The notes under the pieces were generated by a model. It was not told the DNA's origin and did no database searches. It worked only from the letters and a program-made list of their open reading frames with translations. Position numbers and translations under genes: made by a program. From contig JAQTTP010000007.1 of assembly GCA_028710695.1 (NCBI GenBank), positions 15,357-47,356 on the forward strand: a stretch of 32,000 bases of DNA, given 5' to 3'. Positions 23,820 to 31,623 of this stretch are shown here, one piece after another (the stretch's first letter is position 1; each line of letters begins with the position of its first letter). The stretch comes from Candidatus Iainarchaeum sp. GTDB lineage: Archaea > Iainarchaeota > Iainarchaeia > Iainarchaeales > 0-14-0-20-30-16.

Positions 23820-25157
23820 CTATAGTTTAAATTCTTCTTCTTTACTATCTTCCTCGCCTTCAGGGTTTTCTTTAGAGGCATACTTCTTAAAGATCTTGTA
23901 AGCAATTATTAACACAAACACACCAATAAGAACATACAAAACATAGTACCAAGTTTGGCTAGTGGAATCTGCAGTGTCATCTACCACAACTTCTTTTTTA
24001 CCGTTTGCATAGATTGCTAAAGCCTTTTCTTGTAAAATATCCAATAGATCTTTTGCTTCAGAATATTTTCCTGCTTTTATTTTTGCATAAAAGTCCTGCT
24101 TTTTGCTTTCCAAAGTTGTTGACTCGGGATTATTCCACAAAGATTTTGTGGAAATTATTTCAGAAACTAAAGAGTCCAATGTGCTTTTCTTTGTTTTATT
24201 TTTTATTTCTTTGTTTTCTAAGAAATAAGCTTGGAATATCAAAGCCCTTATTTTTCTTTGATCCCAATTATAAGTTAAGTTTTCAATTAAATTTTTACTT
24301 ACTGAAGAATTATATGCTTTCTGAACATTAGAATAAGAAGAATCAATTACCTCTTTCTTTGAACTTATTGTCTGCAATTGTGGAGAAAATTCCAAAAGAC
24401 CTAGCAAAATTTGCTTTTTTGAAACATCTATGTTCAAATCAACAACAGAATTCTTAAGTGATTTTAATTCGGAATCTAAAGATGAATATTCAGAAACAAT
24501 TTCTGTGGTAAAGATCGATAGATTTGAAGCATTAGCATTCATTTCCTCATTAATACTTCCTGGAATTTCTTTCTTTAAATCAATCAAATTATTTTCAAGC
24601 TTTTGTGAGTTATCTTTTGCATTAGTTGCACTCTGCTTTATAGCAGATATTTCCACTTTTGCATCAGAAACATTTTTCAAAATAGAGCTTTGGGTTACAT
24701 TCTCATCTGTCAAACTATTTACAAACATATCTAGATTATAATTCATTGTTTCAAGTTCAGTAGACAGATTCAAAAAATAGTTTGTCAAGGTAGAAGAATA
24801 ATATAGTTCCTTTCCACCAAGATAGTCCACAAAAATCTTTGATTTTATTACATTCTCATAGTAATTGTCAGTAACAAGAGTATCTGGTTTTTTGTCATCA
24901 ATAACAATATAATCAGCATAACTGCTGGTTAAGGAAATTACTGATACAACCCAATATCCAGATTCTCCAATTTTTACAAAAGAATTCCCACTTAAAATAA
25001 TCTCATCATCATAACCTTCAAAACCACTTGTCTTTAGCAAATAAGAATCATAAACTTTTTGTTTAACTCCCGCAATATCTAAAGAAAATGAGAAAGAAAT
25101 AAACAGGAAAAATAAAAAAACAAATAGCACTTTATATCCTGCTTTCATGGCTTTCAC
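23820..25157 (-). CDS. Hypothetical type-I membrane/surface protein (signal peptide, long helical ectodomain, C-terminal TM, acidic tail)
   Basis: The product has the signal-like N-terminus KVLFVFLFFLFISFSFS and about 8 N-X-S/T sequons. Its C-terminal TM is WYYVLYVLIGVFVLIIAY, followed by KKYASKENPEGEEDSKEEEFKL. The start is the GTG at 25157 overlapping the upstream stop (GTGA), or the ATG at 25148. Confidence 0.6.
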   Translation of the reverse strand: MKAMKAGYKVLFVFLFFLFISFSFSLDIAGVKQKVYDSYLLKTSGFEGYDDEIILSGNSFVKIGESGYWVVSVISLTSSYADYIVIDDKKPDTLVTDNYYENVIKSKIFVDYLGGKELYYSSTLTNYFLNLSTELETMNYNLDMFVNSLTDENVTQSSILKNVSDAKVEISAIKQSATNAKDNSQKLENNLIDLKKEIPGSINEEMNANASNLSIFTTEIVSEYSSLDSELKSLKNSVVDLNIDVSKKQILLGLLEFSPQLQTISSKKEVIDSSYSNVQKAYNSSVSKNLIENLTYNWDQRKIRALIFQAYFLENKEIKNKTKKSTLDSLVSEIISTKSLWNNPESTTLESKKQDFYAKIKAGKYSEAKDLLDILQEKALAIYANGKKEVVVDDTADSTSQTWYYVLYVLIGVFVLIIAYKIFKKYASKENPEGEEDSKEEEFKL

Positions 25158-25564
25158 TTTTTATTAAGCATATCTTTAAGTTGTTGGTAGGTAACAAATT
25201 CCAAAGGATTTATTGTATCTATTATATACTTTAATTCCTGAAGCTCTTCTTTTGTAACAAAAACTTCTTTCAAGTTGTCCATAGATGCTCTTAGAGATTC
25301 AATTTCTTGCCTTATGCTTTTTTGTTTGTCATATAATTCAACAACTTGAACATTTATTTCTTCTAATTGGCCTGAATCCGCGGAAGATCCGCCCGCAACA
25401 ACAGACTTTTCTGCAACCTTGTTTATTTTTTCATTAAGAATTAGTATATTTTTACTCAGAATCTTTTCGTTTCTAACCAAATAAGCCATTTTCTGAGAAA
25501 GAAGCATAACCGTAGTGTTCAGCGCCTTAAGTTCTGCACTATTTCCTTGAGTTTGCTCAACCAT
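25154..25564 (-). CDS. Hypothetical cytoplasmic coiled-coil protein (136 aa)
   Basis: The ATG is at 25564. Heptad-like Leu/Ile/Lys/Glu-rich sequence occurs on both sides of a GGSSADSG linker. There is no TM or signal peptide. The stop overlaps the start of the downstream membrane protein gene. Confidence 0.55.
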   Translation of the reverse strand: MVEQTQGNSAELKALNTTVMLLSQKMAYLVRNEKILSKNILILNEKINKVAEKSVVAGGSSADSGQLEEINVQVVELYDKQKSIRQEIESLRASMDNLKEVFVTKEELQELKYIIDTINPLEFVTYQQLKDMLNKK

Positions 25565-25666
25565 AACTATTCCCCTACCTTAATCCCATATATGTAAACA
25601 CCCGAATATATATAAATATATTATTATACCCTGTAATTCATATAGAACAGACTAGAAGGCATCTCT

Positions 25667-28015
25667 ATGGGTAAAAAACTAAAGAAACAGTACTCAGGAA
25701 CAATTTTAGACGTATTCTATGAAAACAATGAAAAGAATGAATCTATAATAAACATTTGCATAAATAATGGAAAAGTTAAACAAATAATAGAAGACCCGTA
25801 TTTTAAGCCTTATTTTTATGTAGAAGCCGGCAACGAAAAGAAGTTCGAGAAAGCCTTAGAAGACAACAAAAACCTTTTCCTAAGCTATGAAAAACAAAAG
25901 AAGCAAGAAAAAAACTTTATCTACAAGTTATATTTTAAAAATACTACTCAATTAATGGAAATGCGAAGCGAGATAAAAAATTTAGACTCATTTGTAGCAA
26001 AGCATGACTATGACATCCCTTTTGATCAGAGATATATTATCGACAAACAAATAACTCCTTTATCACATTATCTCATAACCTCAAAAGAAGGACTAGAATT
26101 TGAAGAAAAGGAAACAGATTTTGTGCCACTATGTTGTGCAGTAGATATTGAAACAACAAGTGATAACAAAGATATGTTAAAAAACGAAATAATTTCCATT
26201 GCAATATATTCAGAAAAAATAAAAATAATCTTAAGTTACAGAGACACAAAAGAAAACAACAATGATCTAGAAGTGTGTAAAGACGAAAAAGAAATGATTG
26301 AAAGAGCTTTAGAAATTTTAAACAATTTTGATTTTATTTTTACGTACAATGGAGACAATTTTGATATTCCAGTAATTTGCAATAGAGCAAAAGAGTTTGA
26401 CATTGACATGGGAATTTATTTAAAACCAAAAATACGAAAATCAAGCATGGGCAAAATTTCATATACGGCAGGAATACAGCACATAGATGTTTACAAAATA
26501 ATTGCTTATCTTGCAAGGGTTGGCAGCATAAGCCTAAACAAATTAGATTTAACAACAGCTTATGAAACTCTTTTAGAAAAAGACAAAATCGACATAGAGT
26601 ATACCGAAATTCCCGAACTCTGGGAAAACATCGAAAAACGAAATCGTTTATTTGAATACAATTTAGATGACTCAAAAGCAACCTACGAGCTTGGAGAAAA
26701 ATATCTTCTTACTTTTACAGAGCTTTCAAAAATGATACACAGAACAGTACAAGACACAATAAGACTTCCAACAAGCAACATGATAGAATCAATAATAATG
26801 TATTATTATGCGAAGGAGAAAAAGTTTATACCAAAAAAACCAATTGGTGACATAGTTGGAGACAGAGAAGAAATCACTTATGTAGGCGGATATGTAAAAC
26901 AACCTGAGCCAAACATATATGAAAATATAGCAGTAATAGATTTCAGGTCACTACACCCCTCAATTATTATTACACACAACATTTCCCCAGAAACATTAAA
27001 TGTCCCTGGAAAGAAGTGTGTATTAAGCCCAACAAAAGACAAATTCAATTTAGAAGTTAAAGCAATAATTCCAGGAATTATAAAAGAAATTTTAGACAAA
27101 AGAATTAAAGTAAAAACAGAAATGCACAAAGCAGACAAAAACAAGCAAGATGTTCTATTTGCAAGACAGTGGAGTTTGAAAAGATTATTGGCAAGTTTCT
27201 ATGGATATTTGGCATATCCTCGAGCAAGGTGGTACTGCTTAGAATGTGCAAGATCAACAGTTGCATATTCCCAAGAATATATCAAAATGGTTTGTGAACA
27301 AGCAGAAAAAAATGCATTGAAAGTAATTTACTCAGACACAGATAGTGCATTCTTAATTTACAGAAAACAAAGCGAGGTAGAAACATTTTTGAAAAAAATA
27401 AATTCTACACTCCCTGGAGAAATAAAACTAACTCTTGACGGTTATTATAAAAGAGGATTATTTGTTGCAAAGAAATCAGAAAATGTCGGTGCAAAAAAAA
27501 GGTATGCCCTAATTGACTTTGAAGGAAATCTAAAAATTGTTGGCTTTGAATTTGTAAGAAGAGATTGGAGCAATGTAGCAAAAAGCCTCCAAAAAGAAGT
27601 TTTAGAAATAATTTTAAAAGAAGGAAATTTAGAAAAAGCAATTAAGAAAATCAGAGAAACTATTGCATTATTGGTGGCCCACAAAGTAAAAAAAGAAGAC
27701 TTAGTTCTATCTTCAAAAATCACAAAGCCACTAAATAAATATAACAACATTTCCCCACATGTTTCTGCAGCAAGAAAAGCAGAGAGAAGAGGGGTTTTAA
27801 TGAAGCCAGGAACTCTTGTAAATTACATTATCACTAAGAACGGGATTTCAATTTCAGAAAGAGCAGAATTAGAACAGTTTGTAAAAGACAATTCTTATGA
27901 CGAAGAATATTATATTAACAACCAAGTGCTTCCGGCAGTAATTCCATTAGTAGAGCAGTTGGGATTCACAAAAGAAAAGCTTATAGAAAGCACAAAACAA
28001 CAAAGATTATTTTAG
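25667..28015 (+). CDS. polB: Family-B DNA polymerase (archaeal PolB), intein-free
   Basis: Exo I is VDIETT, Exo II is YNGDNFDIP and Exo III is [13 protein letters not shown]. Motif A is [22 protein letters not shown], motif B is [20 protein letters not shown], motif C is VIYSDTDS, and KKRYALID is present. Confidence 0.95.
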   Translation: [782 protein letters not shown]

Positions 28016-28024
28016 GGTGTAAAC

Positions 28025-28918
28025 GTGGATATTATTTTAGAAAATATGGAAAAAGCAAACAAAGCATGGCAAGCAGCAAAGAAGGTTGCGGAAAAAGAAA
28101 TTAAAGCTGGCAAATCTATCCTGACTTGTGCAGAAAAAATAGAGGCAGAGATTAAAAAGCACGCAGAAATTGCATTTCCTGTGAATCTATCTCGAAACAA
28201 TTCTGCAGCACATTATTCTCCACTCTCAGATTCCAAAGAAATTTGGGGTAAGGATGATTTAATCAAAGTTGATATTGGAGCACAGTCAAATGGTTATACA
28301 GTAGATGGTGCATTCACAATAGATTTATCTGGAAAAAATGAAAATCTAGTTGAAGCAAGCAAAAAGGCTTTAGAAAAAGCATTAGATTATGTTAAAAAAA
28401 ATAAAAAGGATTCCAAAGTAGGGGAGATAGGGGCAATTATTGAAAAAGAAATTGTTTCATTTGGATTCAAACCAATTTCAAATCTTATGGGCCACGAAAT
28501 TTCAACCTATAATTTACATGCAGGAAAAAGCATTCCAAATATTTCCCAAAAAGATGATTCTATTTTAGGCACAAATAAAATTTATGCAATAGAGCCTTTT
28601 GCAAGTACAGGAAACGGATTTGTAAAGAATGCATCTTTTTGCAGTATTTATTTTCCAACAAATAAACAAACAAGAAACACAACTGGCAGACAGATTTTAA
28701 AAGAAATTGAGAGCTTCAAAGGTTTGCCATTTTCCGAGAGGTGGATTGGAAAAAAGATAAACTCAATAAGCAAAAAAATGGCTTTAGCCTTGTTAGTTAA
28801 AGAAGGGTGCATAAGACCCGCACCACAATTAGATGATAAAGAAGGATGCCTGATTTCGCAAGCAGAAGCAACCATTTATATAGATGAAAATAATATTATT
28901 CATATATTTGCTAGGTGA
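28025..28918 (+). CDS. map: Methionine aminopeptidase, type 2 (archaeal)
   Basis: Metal-ligand context is seen in VDIGAQSNGYTVDGAFT, GHEISTYNLHAGKSIP, YAIEPFASTG and SQAEATIYI. The GTG start at 28025 is preceded by AGGGTG; an alternative ATG lies at 28046. Confidence 0.9.
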   Translation: MDIILENMEKANKAWQAAKKVAEKEIKAGKSILTCAEKIEAEIKKHAEIAFPVNLSRNNSAAHYSPLSDSKEIWGKDDLIKVDIGAQSNGYTVDGAFTIDLSGKNENLVEASKKALEKALDYVKKNKKDSKVGEIGAIIEKEIVSFGFKPISNLMGHEISTYNLHAGKSIPNISQKDDSILGTNKIYAIEPFASTGNGFVKNASFCSIYFPTNKQTRNTTGRQILKEIESFKGLPFSERWIGKKINSISKKMALALLVKEGCIRPAPQLDDKEGCLISQAEATIYIDENNIIHIFAR

Positions 28919-28922
28919 TTTT

Positions 28923-29555
28923 ATGCAAAAAGAAAAAGAATATATCAACGAAGATGTAAAACAAGCACATGAAGAACTACAAGCAAAGCTAAAAGATCCG
29001 GCTGAAAAAAATAAACTAAAAAAACACTTACAAGAAATAAAATCTGGAGAAACAAGGCTTGAAATGGTTTATTCGCAGTCACCTTACAAGTTTGCATTAC
29101 CCAATGGTTCTGACTTTGATTTTAAAAGATATATTGAAACTCTAAAAGCAGTGAGAAGAAAGATAAGAATTTTAGATGTCGGCGCAGGAAAAGGCCACTT
29201 TTTAGCATTACTCAAAAAAGATTTCGGAAAAAAAATCCACACAACCGCATTAGATATCTATGAACACCCAGAACTTAACGAAAAATACAAAGAGGGATTA
29301 ATAGATGAGGTTATTTATGAATCTGCAGAACTATTTCTTCCAAAACAAGCATATGACATCATAGTTTCCAATCTTGGGGGCTTAAAATATTCAATAATGC
29401 CAGAACTAGTTATTAGAAAGCTATCACATTCTTTAAGAAGCGGCGGCATATTATTAATTTACCCATTACTTAAAATCCCAAAAGAAATTGCAAAAGACAA
29501 GAGATTCAAAACATTGAAGCTTCAAGATGCAATAGCAATAAAAAAAGAGGAATAA
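28923..29555 (+). CDS. Class I SAM-dependent methyltransferase (substrate unknown)
   Basis: Motif I reads RILDVGAGKGHFL. The ATG at 28923 is preceded by AGGTGA, 4 nt after the map stop. Confidence 0.7.
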   Translation: MQKEKEYINEDVKQAHEELQAKLKDPAEKNKLKKHLQEIKSGETRLEMVYSQSPYKFALPNGSDFDFKRYIETLKAVRRKIRILDVGAGKGHFLALLKKDFGKKIHTTALDIYEHPELNEKYKEGLIDEVIYESAELFLPKQAYDIIVSNLGGLKYSIMPELVIRKLSHSLRSGGILLIYPLLKIPKEIAKDKRFKTLKLQDAIAIKKEE

Positions 29556-29556
29556 A

Positions 29557-29970
29557 TTACTTCTTAACTTTAAACTTGGGATCTACCACAACTCTAAAAT
29601 CAGTCATTTTCACTTTCTTTGGCTTTACTTTGTCCACAAAGTGCTTAAATGTTATGAAGCCATCTTCTGGGCCTCTACAAGAATAAATTTGAAAGGCAAT
29701 TGAGCTAAACTCAGGATAAGTATGTATTGCTACATGTGACTCTCCAAGCAAAAATGCCAAAGTATATCCTTGAGGCTTAAAATTATAGCTTGCCTCACCA
29801 AGGATTGTGAATTTTTCTTTCTTTAAACCTTGTTTAAGAGAGTTATAAAGAAGCTTAGAATTAGTGATTATTTTGTCTTCTATTCCATAAAGAACTACTG
29901 AGATTTCATTACCAATTGGAGAGCTAATAAAATTCCCTTTTTTATCACTATGACATCTTTTGTTTTGCAT
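29557..29970 (-). CDS. speH: S-adenosylmethionine decarboxylase proenzyme family (SpeH-type pyruvoyl enzyme)
   Basis: LLGESHVAIHTYPEFSSIAFQIYSC matches the (S/G)ESH(I/L)xIHTWPE...(F/Y)xC self-cleavage and active-site region. Confidence 0.8.
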   Translation of the reverse strand: MQNKRCHSDKKGNFISSPIGNEISVVLYGIEDKIITNSKLLYNSLKQGLKKEKFTILGEASYNFKPQGYTLAFLLGESHVAIHTYPEFSSIAFQIYSCRGPEDGFITFKHFVDKVKPKKVKMTDFRVVVDPKFKVKK

Positions 29971-30001
29971 TATGTTTTTTAATATAGCAAATCTTTTAAA
30001 G

Positions 30002-30724
30002 TTATTTATTTTTTTTCTGGCTTTGAGATTTAAAATCTAAATAAAATCCCCACAGAGCAGCAAATGCAAATAGCACTGCAAATTCACAATAAATTGAGGG
30101 GAACATTATCTTCAAAGACGGCAAGATAAATATTAAAATTATTGGTGGAAATAGAGATAACACCAAAGCAAGTAACACAATAATATCCAATTGCCTTTTT
30201 ACCCCTTTTTTCTTTATTGCATGCAGAATTAAGAAAATCGCAATTAAACAAATAAATCCAAAATAATAAACCAAATACACGGCTCCAATCCAATGGCCCA
30301 TAAACATATTACGTGTTGTTACAAAAAAACTTCCACATGCAGCAAGACTTATGAAGTTAGAGTTAATCAAAACAAATATCGATGTTGCAACAGGGATCAC
30401 AAAAATTGGAATTAAGTAAATTTTCTTTCTTAAGTAATCCAAAGCATAATACAACCCCAAAGCAGGCAGGAATGAGTAGGTTATGAATCCAAGTTTAGCC
30501 CATAAAAACGGGTTCGAAGTAGTACACAAAAAGAATTCAGTTAATTGATAAAAACCAAGAACATAAAGGAAGACAACCAAAGATTTATGTAAAGTTGACT
30601 TTTTAAAATAAAGCAAAATAAATGTTGCAACTAGGGCTTCAAATATTGCAATTGATAAAGATACTGCAGGTGTAAAGCACATAATAGAAAAGGAACACCG
30701 AGCTTTATTAATCTTTTTATGCAC
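30002..30724 (-). CDS. Hypothetical polytopic membrane protein (~7 TM)
   Basis: The product is hydrophobic throughout and I recognise no motif. The track start at 30724 is a GTG. The ATG at 30682 (MCFTPAVSLSIAIF...) is a plausible alternative. Confidence 0.55.
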   Translation of the reverse strand: MHKKINKARCSFSIMCFTPAVSLSIAIFEALVATFILLYFKKSTLHKSLVVFLYVLGFYQLTEFFLCTTSNPFLWAKLGFITYSFLPALGLYYALDYLRKKIYLIPIFVIPVATSIFVLINSNFISLAACGSFFVTTRNMFMGHWIGAVYLVYYFGFICLIAIFLILHAIKKKGVKRQLDIIVLLALVLSLFPPIILIFILPSLKIMFPSIYCEFAVLFAFAALWGFYLDFKSQSQKKNK

Positions 30725-30735
30725 TTATCCATATT

Positions 30736-31623
30736 ATGAAGAAATTTCCTACTTGCTATTTGGCACCAATCTCTGAATACACCCACAGAGCATATAGAGA
30801 ACTCTGCAAAAAAAGAGGGGCGGAGTTTACTTTCGCACCACTAATTAATACAACACAAATAATACACCAAAAAGACAAAAACATACATCGATTTATAGAT
30901 TTCGAAAAAGAAAAAAAAGTAGGAATACAGTTATTTGGATCAAGACCAGAAGAATATCCGCGTGCTATTGAAAGAATAAACACATTCGAAAAAATAAAAT
31001 GGCTAGATGTTAATGCAGGATGCCCAATGCCAAAGATCACAAAAATTGGGGCTGGATCAAGGCTTCTTACAAATCAAGATACCCTTATTGAGATTTTAAA
31101 ATCAATCCAAGGTTTTGATTTTACAAAATCAGTAAAGATAAGGCTCTTAAAAAATAGTGAAAGCACAAAAAAATTAGTTGAAAAGCTTTCACCATTAGTT
31201 GATGTAATAATTATTCATGGACGAACCCCAGAACAAAGGTATTCTGGAACTGCAAATTGGGATATAATAAAAGAAATTAATGAAACTACAGACAATTTCA
31301 TTATTGGAAACGGAGACATCCAAACTATAGCGCAAGGAAAAAAATACATCAAAGAAAAATATTGTGATGGATTTATGATCGGAAGAGAAGCAATGAAAAA
31401 CCCTTGGCTTTTCTCAAAAAAAGACGCAAATCCAAAAAAGATTTTCTTTGAATATTACAAATTTTATAAAAAATATAAAATCTCAAACCCGAATGATTTA
31501 AAACAAAAAGCAATCCAGTTCTTCCACAGTTTCCGGGGCGCAAAAGAACTAAGATCAACAATTGGAAATATGTTTAGCGAAGAAGAAATTGTAGGATATA
31601 TTAAAGATCATGATTTTAAGTAG
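30736..31623 (+). CDS. dus: tRNA-dihydrouridine synthase (Dus family)
   Basis: LAPISEYTHRAYRELCKKRGA is followed by the catalytic-Cys motif NAGCPMPKITKIGAGSRLL, then IIHGRTPEQRYSGTANWD and GNGDI. Confidence 0.85.
   Translation: MKKFPTCYLAPISEYTHRAYRELCKKRGAEFTFAPLINTTQIIHQKDKNIHRFIDFEKEKKVGIQLFGSRPEEYPRAIERINTFEKIKWLDVNAGCPMPKITKIGAGSRLLTNQDTLIEILKSIQGFDFTKSVKIRLLKNSESTKKLVEKLSPLVDVIIIHGRTPEQRYSGTANWDIIKEINETTDNFIIGNGDIQTIAQGKKYIKEKYCDGFMIGREAMKNPWLFSKKDANPKKIFFEYYKFYKKYKISNPNDLKQKAIQFFHSFRGAKELRSTIGNMFSEEEIVGYIKDHDFK

Noticed and set aside
25667-28015. Intein or split-gene organisation in PolB
   Set aside because: The length (782 aa) is typical, and the order Exo I-III and motifs A/B/C is uninterrupted. 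No Cys/Ser...HN intein junction blocks are seen.
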